Assembly (NCBI GenBank): GCA_963712275.1
Contig: CAVQHD010000001.1
Span: forward strand, 1,216,001-1,280,000
Direction: 5' to 3'
DNA from: an uncultured Rhabdochlamydiaceae bacterium
GTDB lineage: Bacteria; Chlamydiota; Chlamydiia; Chlamydiales; Rhabdochlamydiaceae
Length of the DNA: 64,000 bases
The position numbers were made by a program, and so were the translations under genes. Under the pieces are notes generated by a model that saw only the letters and a program-made list of their open reading frames with translations, did no database searches and was not told the origin of the DNA. Below are positions 1-10,400 of the stretch, in pieces. The number at the start of each line of letters is the position of its first letter. Positions within the stretch are counted from its first letter, which is position 1.

Positions 1-1498
1 TAAAGCGGGTGAGCGCGGGGTCATTCTTAGAAATCAGGGGTGCTCCCATCAAATAAAGATCTCCATCTCGGAAGTAAGCGTATCGAGAAGGGTAAACCGA
101 TTGCTCTTTGCTTTGGGGATTGTACCTAGTGTCAAATTCCATTCCTATATTGAAGAAGAGTTGTGTCCGCTGCGCATCAAACCAATAGAGGGGGTTAGAG
201 GGGGGGAGTTCGTGGGAAATTCCTTGCCACCCAATTGCAAAGGCTTTTCCGTAATAAAACTCATAGGTTCCATCGGGAATTCCTGGAAGATAGGGAAAAA
301 AAGCTTGAGTTCCATATTTTTTGGGATTGATTCCATACCGATACCCTACCCCTTTTTCAATGGTAAAACGTGCGGTATACAGGTTTTGCATGATCGTTTT
401 GAGATGTTTTTCTTGAAGGGGAATCACAGAGGTTGAAAGGCCCACAAAAGGACGTAGTCGATGCATCACATCAGAGCCCATATGAGCTCCTGATAAGCTT
501 GGATGATGGCGGAGTTCAAGGTATAGTACGCCTTCTTCCATCTGACTTGGGTCTTGATCTGTTAAAACACGCACTTGCTCTTTGGTCAGAAGGCGGGCCA
601 TAGCAAAGTTCCCCATGCCCCAGAGCTGGTCGTATTGGATCTCGCGATTTTGTTTTAAAACTCGGGGCAGCAGCTCTCCCCGAGCTTGGGTTGGGCTTAA
701 CGCATAAAGGCGTGCAATCGGCTCGTTCATTTGGTAGATCATCACTGGGGAGTAAACACCTGGAATCACCGAGGAGGTGGTTGAGATATGGGTCCCTTCA
801 AATGAGATAAAGGGAATGTGATCGATTTTTGCAAGCTCAGGGAGCTGAAGCTCTGGGGTAATGTCTCTATCACTTCCATCGATCCCATAGATTTGACCTC
901 CATAAAAATAGAGGGTATCGCCCGGTTTTCCAATGAGACGCTTAACAAGTAGCTTTTTCCCAGGGAAAAGATAAAAATAAACAGTATCTGCTTCCCGAAT
1001 ATCCATGTCTTCAGTTGTGAAAATGACAATGTTATTCCGTTGGATGAGGTCGGGGTTGAAATAAAAATGTCCCGGTCTTAAGGGGTAATTGATTCCGAAA
1101 TCTGTTTTTGAAACCGAGAGGCGGTCTTGTTCTTTAAACGTAGGCCTCATCGACCCTGTTGGAATTTCATAAAGCTCAAACCACACCTGCCGAATAAGAA
1201 TGGCAATAAAAAGAGCGACCCCGATTCCAAAAATAAAATCTCGTAGTTGCTCAAAGAGAGATTTTTTGAGATATTGCTTGTAAAGGCTTTGAATGGAGCT
1301 TGCGAGGAGCTTGCATCGATGGGTATTCTTAGATAAAATTGCTTCCTGCAGCTCTAAAAGGCGGCTCTTAATCTCTGCTTGGATCGGAGGTTCGAGTTTT
1401 CGTTCGACTTTTTGAAATCGATGATGCGCTGCAAATAAAAACTTTTTGATTTTGCGAAGTTGAAACCATTTTTGCATAGTTTTTATAGAGACTAGCAT
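1..1498 (-). CDS. lepB: Signal peptidase I, chlamydial long form; 3' end runs off the window
   Basis: Missing from the ORF track because no stop lies inside the window. Manual translation from ATG 1498 (alternative 1477) gives a TM segment then IRQVWFELYEIPTGSMRPTFKEQDRLSVSKTDFG (catalytic Ser motif); the same frame reads ...YPSRYAYFRDGDLYLMGAP at the window edge. Confidence 0.9.
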   Translation of the reverse strand, partial: MLVSIKTMQKWFQLRKIKKFLFAAHHRFQKVERKLEPPIQAEIKSRLLELQEAILSKNTHRCKLLASSIQSLYKQYLKKSLFEQLRDFIFGIGVALFIAILIRQVWFELYEIPTGSMRPTFKEQDRLSVSKTDFGINYPLRPGHFYFNPDLIQRNNIVIFTTEDMDIREADTVYFYLFPGKKLLVKRLIGKPGDTLYFYGGQIYGIDGSDRDITPELQLPELAKIDHIPFISFEGTHISTTSSVIPGVYSPVMIYQMNEPIARLYALSPTQARGELLPRVLKQNREIQYDQLWGMGNFAMARLLTKEQVRVLTDQDPSQMEEGVLYLELRHHPSLSGAHMGSDVMHRLRPFVGLSTSVIPLQEKHLKTIMQNLYTARFTIEKGVGYRYGINPKKYGTQAFFPYLPGIPDGTYEFYYGKAFAIGWQGISHELPPSNPLYWFDAQRTQLFFNIGMEFDTRYNPQSKEQSVYPSRYAYFRDGDLYLMGAPLISKNDPALTRF

Positions 1499-1558
1499 GA
1501 GAGGAGGATTCCATGCTAATTTTAATTTTTGACTAGGAGCCCATCCTGGTATGGCCTG

Positions 1559-1649
1559 ATGTGGAAAAATTGTTCATAACTTACTAAATCAGTGACTTAA
1601 AAAAACTTTTTCTAGAGAGAAAGTGGCAATGTGGAAAGATTGTTCATAA
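1559..1649. promoter_or_regulatory. Cluster of four DnaA-box-like 9-mers in two 21-bp direct repeats flanking an IHF-consensus site
   Basis: ATGTGGAAA(A/G)ATTGTTCATAA at 1559-1579 and 1629-1649; reverse complements TTTTCCACA, CTTTCCACA and TTATGAACA (x2); AATCAGTGACTTA (WATCARnnnnTTR) between them. Confidence 0.55.
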
Positions 1650-1655
1650 GAACCC

Positions 1656-1689
1656 GAAAATCGACGAAAAATTTTACTGGGAGAGGTTC
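1656..1689 (-). repeat. Degenerate end of a palindromic/MITE-like repeat (inverted partner of 2725-2758)
   Basis: Reverse complement GAACCTCTCCCAGTAAAATTTTTCGTCGATTTTC matches 2725-2758 at 30/34 positions. Confidence 0.7.
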
Positions 1690-1691
1690 AA

Positions 1692-2684
1692 CTACCACTG
1701 AAAGATCTGTTCAGAGTAAATCACGAGGTCGGGATAAGCCGTAGGAATTAAAACCCAGCGGTAACGGTGGCCGGCGGTAAAATTGGACTCCAATGTTTGC
1801 AGAGGAAGCTCAAGCGTTAGGGAGGAGGATTCAATGGTTGGAGAGTGGCAGATTTCAACCAATCGGTGCTGCGGCTCTGAGAGGTCGATCGCAAGCACTT
1901 TAAGAGAAGTGTAATATGTAGGACAGTGGATCGTCAGCTCAAGATGGTCTTTTTTTAACTTTCCAGGACCTAAAATAAGGGGGGACTGTTGAAAAACCAG
2001 AGGCCTGGGGGAGGTCATGTGATGACCTGAATCAATGGCTCGCATCGTGGCTTTATAATGAGGGCTTCGAACCTCAATCCATACAGGAAAGGCAAGGGAA
2101 GAGAAATAAACTTCAATTTCACAGCCGGAAATGATCGAGTCATCAGCAGGCCATGCGGTTGTCCATGCGGTAATAGAGGGTTTTTCAAGTTTTTGCCCTT
2201 CGACAATGACAGAAGGGTTCCAAATCGAGCGTCGATCTGCTTCTCCTCCCTGAGGAGGCGGTCCGATCCGTTTGCGGCTTTGTTGGGCCGTTTTTTGAAG
2301 GGAAAGAGAGAGAAGACGGGGGAGAAACTGATGCGAATCTTGAGTCGGCAACCAAACACCTTGTGAGTGAGAATAACACTCTTGCAGCTTATTTTCCTTC
2401 AGGTCAATAAGGTAAGAAATCCATGCGGTGTGGCCTGGAGCATCATGACAGATCCATGCTTTCCAATTGTCATCGTTTGATGGACGACTGAGCGAGGGAA
2501 TATCAATTTCTTCTAGAATGAGGTGGGACGTGGTGAGGGAGCGGATCAAGAGAACAGATGTCATTCCCCCCTGCTCTGTGACGACATAATCGCCATTTTT
2601 TCCATTAATAATTTTGTCTTTTAATGAAAATGCATTAACAGTCGAAATTGATAGAAATATAATTAAGAAAACGATCTTCTTCAT
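1692..2684 (-). CDS. Conserved chlamydial exported hypothetical protein (CT021-like)
   Basis: 330-aa ORF with a signal peptide; GDYVVTEQ...LILEEI N-terminus; adjacent to lepB as in Chlamydia. Confidence 0.7.
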   Translation of the reverse strand: MKKIVFLIIFLSISTVNAFSLKDKIINGKNGDYVVTEQGGMTSVLLIRSLTTSHLILEEIDIPSLSRPSNDDNWKAWICHDAPGHTAWISYLIDLKENKLQECYSHSQGVWLPTQDSHQFLPRLLSLSLQKTAQQSRKRIGPPPQGGEADRRSIWNPSVIVEGQKLEKPSITAWTTAWPADDSIISGCEIEVYFSSLAFPVWIEVRSPHYKATMRAIDSGHHMTSPRPLVFQQSPLILGPGKLKKDHLELTIHCPTYYTSLKVLAIDLSEPQHRLVEICHSPTIESSSLTLELPLQTLESNFTAGHRYRWVLIPTAYPDLVIYSEQIFQW

Positions 2685-2724
2685 ATCCGCAGTATAAATT
2701 ATTTTGTTAATTATGGCAATCGAA

Positions 2725-2758
2725 GAACCTATCCCGGTAAAAAGTTTCGTCGATTTTC
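2725..2758 (+). repeat. Degenerate end of a palindromic/MITE-like repeat
   Basis: GAACCTATCCCGGTAAAAAGTTTCGTCGATTTTC; shares the GAAnCTnTC...GTTTCGTCGnTTTT pattern with the end of the 25665 element. Confidence 0.65.
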
Positions 2759-2825
2759 AATTCATTTTTGGGGGGTCCTATCGACAGCTTGTGTGTAAAT
2801 TTTTTTTTTATTATACCATCTTTAT

Positions 2826-3152
2826 ATGAGACAATGGTGGTGGGTTGCCATTTTTATCATCTCTTGTTTAAGAGCTGATTCAGCAGTTGATGGGTGCCGT
2901 CAGGAGATCCAAAAAATCGATGCCCAGGTTCAAAAGCTAGAAATCCAAAAACAAAAGCATATCGGTTTGGCTAAGCAATATCAGCAAGAAGGGGATCAGT
3001 GGCAGTATAGAACAGGACGGATTGATGATGCTTATACAGCGTGGGGAAAGGCAGATCGGGAAAGGGCTCAAGCAATCGACCTTCAGCGGCAAATCGATCT
3101 TCTACTGGAGAAAAAGAGGCGGATTTATCAGTTTTACCCTGAATTGCAATGA
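2826..3152 (+). CDS. Small exported coiled-coil hypothetical protein
   Basis: 108 aa, hydrophobic N-terminus, Q/K/E-rich heptads; ATGA overlap with pncB. Confidence 0.7.
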   Translation: MRQWWWVAIFIISCLRADSAVDGCRQEIQKIDAQVQKLEIQKQKHIGLAKQYQQEGDQWQYRTGRIDDAYTAWGKADRERAQAIDLQRQIDLLLEKKRRIYQFYPELQ

Positions 3153-4582
3153 TAGACACGACGTCTCTTCTCACTGATTTATACGAACTGACGATGGCCT
3201 ATGGGTATTGGAAAGAGGGGCTTTCGCAGATGGAGGCGGTGTTTCATCTTTTCTTCCGAAAAAAACCGTTTGGTGGAAGTCTCGGGGTGGCTGCCGGTCT
3301 GGAGACAGCGGTTGAACTTTTAGAAAAATTTCAGTTTTCTTCCTCGGATCTCACGTATCTTGCAACGCTTCAAGGGGAAGGGGGGGTCCCTCTTTTTGAG
3401 CCAAAGTTTCTAGATGGACTCAGCCGGTTTAAACTCTCTTGCGACATTGACGCTGTCCCGGAAGGAACTGTTGTTTTCCCCTACGAACCTCTTCTCCGTG
3501 TCCGGGGGCCAATTCTTGAGGCGCAGCTTCTTGAAAGCCTTCTTCTCAATGTCATTAACTTTCAAACGCTCATTGCGACGAAAGCCTCCCGCATCTGCCT
3601 TGCAGCTTCCCCCGATCCTGTCATTGAATTCGGACTTCGGAGAGCGCAAGGGATCGATGGGGCGCTCTCTGCTTCTCGAGCGGCATTTATTGGAGGGTGC
3701 GAGTCGACCTCTCATCTTCTTGCAGGCAAATTGTTTAGTATTCCGGTTAAGGGAACACATGCGCATAGTTGGATCATGGCTTTTCCAACAGAAGAAGAGG
3801 CCTTTGAGGCGTGGGGACGTGCAATGTCCCACAACTTGATTTTTCTTCTCGATACCTATGAGTCGATTCGCGGAGCCCGCCGCGCTGTGCAAGTGGCGCA
3901 AAAGCTCCATTTACCTTCTTTTGGGGTTAGGCTTGATTCAGGCGACCTTGCCCTTTTAAGCCGTGAGGTGAGAAAAGTGCTGGATGCCGCCGGCTTTTCT
4001 AAAGCGCTCATCATGGCCAGCAATGAGTTGGATGAGACTGTGATCACCGATCTCAAACGGCAGGGGGCTTGTATTGATCTCTGGGGCGTCGGCACCCACC
4101 TTGTAACGGGTCAAATGCAACCTGCTTTAGATGGCGTCTATAAGCTCTCTGCCGTTCGGAGATCGCCTTCCGACCGCTGGACTTATAAATTGAAACGGTC
4201 GGAGCAGCTCACGAAGGTAACAGATCCTGGGCTTCTACAGATCAGGCGGTTTTCAGACTCTTCAGGGTTTGCAGGGGATCTTATTTACAATCTGGGGAAT
4301 GATACTCCCCGTGAGTGGGAAGGGGTTAACCCTTTAAATCCTGCTGAAACACGTCAATTTTCCTCAAGGCTCTCTTCAGAAGATCTTCTCGTTCCTGTTC
4401 TTCGGCAAGGAAGACGTTTGCATTCTCCTTTAAGCTTGCCCGAGATTCAGCGGCATGCCCACGAGCAGCTGAGGCAGCTCTCTTTCCCTATCCGCCGCTT
4501 CTTAAATCCTCAACCCTACTTCGCAGGTCTTGAAAAGGGGCTCTATGACCTCAAGCTCAAACTCCTTAAAGAGATCGCATGA
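3149..4582 (+). CDS. pncB: Nicotinate phosphoribosyltransferase
   Basis: LLTDLYELTM, EFGLRRAQG, GTHAHS, GVRLDSGD and GVYKL motifs. Confidence 0.95.
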   Translation: MIDTTSLLTDLYELTMAYGYWKEGLSQMEAVFHLFFRKKPFGGSLGVAAGLETAVELLEKFQFSSSDLTYLATLQGEGGVPLFEPKFLDGLSRFKLSCDIDAVPEGTVVFPYEPLLRVRGPILEAQLLESLLLNVINFQTLIATKASRICLAASPDPVIEFGLRRAQGIDGALSASRAAFIGGCESTSHLLAGKLFSIPVKGTHAHSWIMAFPTEEEAFEAWGRAMSHNLIFLLDTYESIRGARRAVQVAQKLHLPSFGVRLDSGDLALLSREVRKVLDAAGFSKALIMASNELDETVITDLKRQGACIDLWGVGTHLVTGQMQPALDGVYKLSAVRRSPSDRWTYKLKRSEQLTKVTDPGLLQIRRFSDSSGFAGDLIYNLGNDTPREWEGVNPLNPAETRQFSSRLSSEDLLVPVLRQGRRLHSPLSLPEIQRHAHEQLRQLSFPIRRFLNPQPYFAGLEKGLYDLKLKLLKEIA

Positions 4583-5184
4583 GAGAAGTTTTACTCGTGG
4601 TTGATATGCAAAACGATTTTATGCCAGGTGGAGCCCTTGGGATTGAAGGGGCATTTGAGATTGTTCCCCTCATCTTAAAGCTCATGCCGCACTTTTCACA
4701 TGTGATTGCATCACTCGATTGGCATCCTCCCAATCACTGCAGCTTCGCAGCCACCCATCCGGGAAAGAAAGTGGGAGGTACCGTGATGATTTAGGGAAAG
4801 GCGCAGCGTCTATGGCCAGTCCACTGTGTCGAGAAAAGCAAAGGCGCCGATTTTACTCCAGGATTTTCCCAAGATCAGTTTGAAGCGGTTTTTCACAAGG
4901 GGACAGATCCCTTTATCGATAGCTATAGCGCCTTTTACGACAACGTCCATGAGAAGTCAACAGGTCTATCCGCTTATCTCCGCAGCCGCAAGACCACCCA
5001 CGTTGTGCTCGTTGGGATTGCTTTGGAGTACTGCGTTCTCTACTCCGCCCTCGATGCTCTTGCTGAGGGGTTTTCCGTCGCCGTCATTCCCGGCCTCTGT
5101 AGAGCCATCGACGCTTCCAAGGTGAGCCGCACCCTCGACACCTTGCGCCGCCACGGAGTTGAGATTCGGAGCACTGGATTCTAA
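4579..5184 (+). pseudogene. pncA: Nicotinamidase/pyrazinamidase interrupted by one in-frame TAG (4792-4794)
   Basis: VDMQNDFMPGGAL and DWHPPNH before the stop; the same frame continues LWPVHCV, HKG, DSYSAF, GIALEYCV to TAA 5182-5184. Confidence 0.9.
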
Positions 5185-7311
5185 CGTGCTAGTGGTTTTA
5201 AACTCATCGAAAACATCATCCAATAGGGCATCCTGGGAAATTTTTTGCAGTTCCTCTACAAGCCGATTGTAATGAGAGACTTTTCTTTGTGAAAGATTGA
5301 ATCTTTTATTCAATTCCGCGGTTTCTGCAGGACTGAGGGTTGATGAAGAAAGCTTATCTTTTAACTCGTCCAAAGCTTTTTTCTCATCTCCTAATGCTTT
5401 ACTTGCGTTTGAGATAATTTCTGAACGATCTTCGGGAGACATAGTTTTAGCCAGTTCAACGCAGTTATTAAAATTTTCCTTACCAAAAGTGAGTTCCTCT
5501 TCAGGGGTCAATAAAGGGGGTTCTATCTGTTTTCCCGTATTTTCATCTGAAGAAGGGCGTGGTTGGGGTCTCTCCATTGGATCATCTAATGAGGTAAGAT
5601 CATCAACCTCATCCAATATATCATCGAGAGGGGATTGTTCAGGGGAGAAAGACTCTATCTCCTTGAGAAATCTCTGCGTAAATAAAATTGTATTTGATAT
5701 ATTATTTAGTTTAAAAGGTGCCTCTTCTTGTTCCGAAGGATTCAGCTGTTGTGAATTCATCTGGGATTTTAGCTGTAATTCTTGCTCTTGTAACCATTGG
5801 AAATCGACGCGTAGCTCTGCTATGTACTGCTGACGCTCTTTTAGGGAAAGGCTTTTGAAGAGATTCACTTGCCGTTGAAAATAGGCTTCATCGAACGTGG
5901 GTGGTCCCGAGTGTATCGGAATATTGTTTGCTCCGTTTGTCTGGGGATGAGCAGGATATCCTCCTGAGGAAAGCAGCGCAAACATCCGAGAAGCCATTGC
6001 TGCTTTTGTCTTTTCTGCGAATTTTTTAATGTTTTCATTGGAAGGAACATATTGAGTCAGCTCGGCGTTTTTCAAATGTTTCATGACACGCGGATACAAA
6101 TTTGCTGCATTTTGTCCGTTAGCAAGATCAGTAAGGAAGTCTTTGTTAGAAGGGCCGGGCATGAATATTTTGGCGATTTCTATTTGAGCAACAACTGCTG
6201 GATTTAAGAATTCAAAAACAGGAACTGTCATTGATAGAATCATCCTTTTAAATTTTAATTCATCATTTTGAATTTTTTTTTTTAAATTCTCTGGGATTGT
6301 TTGTAAGATTTCAATAAAAAAGGCAGAGGCTGTTTGCATAGCCTCAGCTATAGCCTCTCCCATTCGATCGTATACCCCTATCGTTTTATCCACAAATGCT
6401 CGAAATTCTGCATCATCAGTGGCAGAAGAAGCTGCTGCCATCAACTCATTCCACTGTGAATTTATAAATTGGAGGTCACAGTGTTTGTTATGGTGGGTGT
6501 GAAATTGTTTTAGGAGGGCTAGAAGTAGTTTGATATGATGAGCGTCGCGCTGTACGTTCATTCCTTGGCATGTATGATCTTCTATCAGTTGTTTGATAGC
6601 GGGGTCATCGCGGTGATCAAATAAATATCTAAAATATTCATCAGTCTTATCGAAGGTTAGAAGTTGTGAAAGGGTTTGGGAGAGAGGATCAGGCTCTGCA
6701 GTATCATCACAATCTTCTATTATTGGCTGGTTGGTATCTACGGAAGATCTAGTTGAACTTTTAAACAGAGTTGCTTTGGAGTTAAGGATTGCCAGATCAA
6801 GATACGAGGATTTATCTGATTCCTTTTGATGATGGGAAGTTAGAGTTAGAGTAAGATGATGAAGGGAAGTTAGGGTAAGAGCTTGGACTGACTTCGATGG
6901 GTTCTTAATATTTTCAGGAGAAGGAGGTCTCTTCAATGGAGGAACAACTTTCTTTGCTTTAAGGAATTTACCGCTCAAAGCACTTCGAACATCTGAATTC
7001 ATCATAGAAATAAATCGAAAAAGTAGACCAAATGGGGTGGCAATACAAGCCAAGAAGAACCGACCTACTTTATAAGCAAGTATGATTACCATCCATCCTT
7101 TCTCTTGTTTAATGGGGATAGGAAATTCTGAGATCCGAGTAGGAAGTTTATTCAAGTTGAAAAGTACAGTGACTGTCCGCCCACCCCATAAATCATGGGC
7201 GGGTTGAAAGCACTTATTAGCCGCACTGTTCAACCATCCACTGATGATGCCAGTCGAGACGATATCAAGCTCTGTTGTAATTAAATTCTTTAAGCTGGTT
7301 AAATAACCCAT
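4966..7311 (-). CDS. Large hypothetical protein, candidate secreted effector
   Basis: 781-aa AT-rich ORF, N-terminal hydrophobic hairpin, coiled-coil and acidic low-complexity C-half; last ~73 codons overlap pncA antisense. Confidence 0.7.
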   Translation of the reverse strand: MGYLTSLKNLITTELDIVSTGIISGWLNSAANKCFQPAHDLWGGRTVTVLFNLNKLPTRISEFPIPIKQEKGWMVIILAYKVGRFFLACIATPFGLLFRFISMMNSDVRSALSGKFLKAKKVVPPLKRPPSPENIKNPSKSVQALTLTSLHHLTLTLTSHHQKESDKSSYLDLAILNSKATLFKSSTRSSVDTNQPIIEDCDDTAEPDPLSQTLSQLLTFDKTDEYFRYLFDHRDDPAIKQLIEDHTCQGMNVQRDAHHIKLLLALLKQFHTHHNKHCDLQFINSQWNELMAAASSATDDAEFRAFVDKTIGVYDRMGEAIAEAMQTASAFFIEILQTIPENLKKKIQNDELKFKRMILSMTVPVFEFLNPAVVAQIEIAKIFMPGPSNKDFLTDLANGQNAANLYPRVMKHLKNAELTQYVPSNENIKKFAEKTKAAMASRMFALLSSGGYPAHPQTNGANNIPIHSGPPTFDEAYFQRQVNLFKSLSLKERQQYIAELRVDFQWLQEQELQLKSQMNSQQLNPSEQEEAPFKLNNISNTILFTQRFLKEIESFSPEQSPLDDILDEVDDLTSLDDPMERPQPRPSSDENTGKQIEPPLLTPEEELTFGKENFNNCVELAKTMSPEDRSEIISNASKALGDEKKALDELKDKLSSSTLSPAETAELNKRFNLSQRKVSHYNRLVEELQKISQDALLDDVFDEFKTTSTLESSAPNLNSVAAQGVEGAAHLGSVDGSTEAGNDGDGKPLSKSIEGGVENAVLQSNPNEHNVGGLAAAEISG

Positions 7312-7421
7312 TCTTGTCCTTCTTCAAGGCTCATTTGAAAAAAAATTGTACCAAAAACGGGATCTTTTGTAACCATTTAATATTTTTGACAGATAGGCGG
7401 TCTCTTGGCTATTGTGGAAAG

Positions 7422-10400
7422 ATGAATAAATTCTTTCTTTTAACATCGCTTCTACCTTTGAGTTTTTTGTTTGGGACAACAGCGACGTGGAATAGCAATG
7501 TCAGTGGAAGTTGGGGGACAGCCGCTAATTGGAATCCTGCTACGGTTCCCAACGCCCAGGGCGACTCAGCGATTTTTCCAAATATGCCAGCTCTTTCGGT
7601 GACATTAGACATCAGCCCCACAATTGGATCGCTCACCTTGAATAGCACAAACAGTTACCAGATTCTCTCCTCCGGAAGCACCTTTCTCACGTTTAGCATC
7701 AGCAGCGGCAGCGCGTCCATCACAGTTCCGAATACAAATACGGCGGCTCAAACAATTTCAGCGCCCCTGACGCTTACATCGAATCTGCTCATCACACAAA
7801 ACAGCGCGGCGGCTTTGACACTCGGGGGAGTCGCCAGTGGGGGAGCAAGCATGACTGTAGCTGGGACGGGAACTGTGGTCCTGACGGCTACGAATGCATT
7901 TTCAGGCGGGCTAATCATTTCAGGGGGAGTGGTTCAGTGCGGCGGCGCGACGGTTCTTCCTTTGGCCAGTTCTGTCACGATGAGCGGAGGGATTTTAAAT
8001 CTGAACAATTTTGCACAGACAATCGGTGGACTGTCGGGGACGAGCAATGTGACGCTTGGATCGGCTGCACTCACTATAATGACGACGGGAGCTAGTAGCT
8101 ATGGGGGACAGATTTCCGGGACAGGGTCTGTGACGGTGGGTGGAACGGGGAGCTTAACGCTGACGGCGGCAAATTCTTATAACGGAGGGACGGTTGTCAG
8201 TGGAGGAAGTCTTATCTTGGGTGTCAATAATGCGCTGAATACTACAGGGACTCTGACGGTTAATACTCCGGGTGTTTTTAATCTCAATAATTTTTCTCAA
8301 ACGGTATCCCTTCTTGCAGGAAATGGATCTGTTGCACTTGGATCGGGAGTTTTAACGATTCAGGGGGCAAATCCTGCGGTTTTTTCTGGGGCGATCAGCG
8401 GCCTTGGGAGCGTGGTTCAAAATGGGTCTGCGACGATCACATTTTCAGGGGCAAACACCTATGGAGGGGGAACAGTTATCAATGGAGGGATTCTTCAGCT
8501 CGGCGCTTCGCAAGCTCTTCCATCAGGGGGCGCCGTGGCGGTGAATGGGGGGACATTTGATTTGCATAATTTTTCACAAACGGTGGGGAATTTGACAGGG
8601 GCGGGTAATGTGACCTTAGGAACGGGACAGCTTACGGTGATACTGACCTCTTCTGCTAATTTTTCAGGCGTCATCAGCGGAGGTGGTTCTGTTGTTTTTC
8701 AAGGTCCCTTTTCTTGGACGTTTTTGACTCCCCAAACCTATACGGGCGGGACGACTATCAATGCAGGGATTCTTCAAATGGGAGTTCCGAATGGTCTTGC
8801 TTCAGCAGCTCCTGTTGCAGTCAATTTTCCAGGAACTCTATCACTGAATAACAATCCCCTAGCGATTGGATCTTTAGTCGGCGGTGGAGTTGTTTCTCTT
8901 GGAACCGGCAATTTAACCTTAAATACCTCGACTACGACGGTGTTTCCTGGACAAATTGTAGGAGGGGGGCAGCTGATTGTTCAGGGGACGGGAACGCAAG
9001 TTTTGACAGGGATGAACTCGTATTCCGGAGGAACGACTGTTAGTGGCGGGGCTACGCTTCAGGGAACGACGTCAAGTCTGCAAGGGGCGATTGCCAATAA
9101 CGGCACCCTCTTTTTCAACCAAGTCTTTGCTGGATCGTATGGAGGTCCTCTTTCGGGGACAGGGGTCTTACAAGTCGGCGGCGGAGGAGTCCTCACATTA
9201 TCTGGGTCTCCTTCACAAAGCAGTGTCTCTGTGGTGGGAGCTCAGCTGGACATTGCGGCAGGGAGCAACTTGACGGCTCCAACGGTGTCTATTGGAGGTG
9301 GATCAACTCTAGGAGGGGGAGGAATGATCACCGGGTCTGTCAATACAGCGGGCACGATCAATCCAGATCCTGTTTTGACGGTCACTGGAAATGTCACATT
9401 TCAGCCGGGGTCGACGTTTATTGCCGACTTAACACCGACGACGTCGGACCAACTGGCTGTCAGCGGCATCGTGACGATTCAAAGTGGATCGCAAGTGGTT
9501 ATTAGCGCAGCCCGTGGGAACTATGAGGCGGAGACGACCTATCCGATCATTACCTCCGCAGGGGGTGCTGTGGTAGGTCAGTTCCAGTCGTTTGTTCAGA
9601 GCAATCCATTTCTTGATATCGAATTTATTTATAACCGGCTTCTCCCGGGATCTGTCGAGATCGATCTGACGATTACGCCGTTTTTTGAGATCATTCACAG
9701 CGGAAATGCGGGGGCGATTTCAAAATGTATTACATTCCAAAATCTTCGTAGTGATCACGATCTTGAACAACTTATTGCGGACCTTATTTTTCTCACAGTA
9801 GACGAGGTGAAATCGATCTTAGAGGAGATGCAACCCTCCGAGCTTCGAGCGCTTACGGTGGCGGAGCAAAATAACGCCCTCTTTGCTCAGCAGGCTATCT
9901 CTTGGAGAATGGCGGAATTTGACAGAACTGAGTGTGAGTGGGAAGCTTCTCGTTGCCATCCTTGGAACGTATGGGCAAGCCTTGGAGGAAACTGGACCGA
10001 TCAGCGGCCGGCAGACCATCAAGTGGGTTACCACTCTCCTGCACTTGCAGCCGTTTTGGGGTTTGATGGGAAGATAGCAGAGAACCTTTATCTTGGAATC
10101 GGGGTTGAATATGGGTACGCAGAGCTGACCTGGAGGGAAAATCGGGGCTCTTCTAGAACTAACCGGGTCTCGGCAGGCCCTTATTTGAGCTGGGCTGGGC
10201 GGTATGGCTATCTTAATGGGACCGCTTGGGGATCGTATGCCCATTTTGATACCACTCGCCAGATCCCTTTCTTTGGCCGGAAGGCTTTGAGCACGCATGG
10301 AGGACAGTCACTTCTAGCGCATCTGGATGGGGGAATTGTTCTTCACCCTGCTCCTCGAGTCTCACTTACTCCCTTTGCAGCCATCGATTATATCCGAGGA

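Noticed and set aside
101..1029. Short ORFs 101-436, 145-336 and 766-1029
   Set aside because: Shadow frames of lepB.
4792..4794. Genome-wide TAG recoding or pyrrolysine
   Set aside because: TAG ends well-conserved genes at the expected length (kbl, tdh), and no pyl genes are visible.
4826..5125. 99-aa ORF as a frameshifted pncA C-terminus
   Set aside because: The true pncA continuation is in the original frame after the TAG; this ORF is off-frame.
7314..7421. N-terminal extension of the autotransporter
   Set aside because: The signal peptide starts at ATG 7422.
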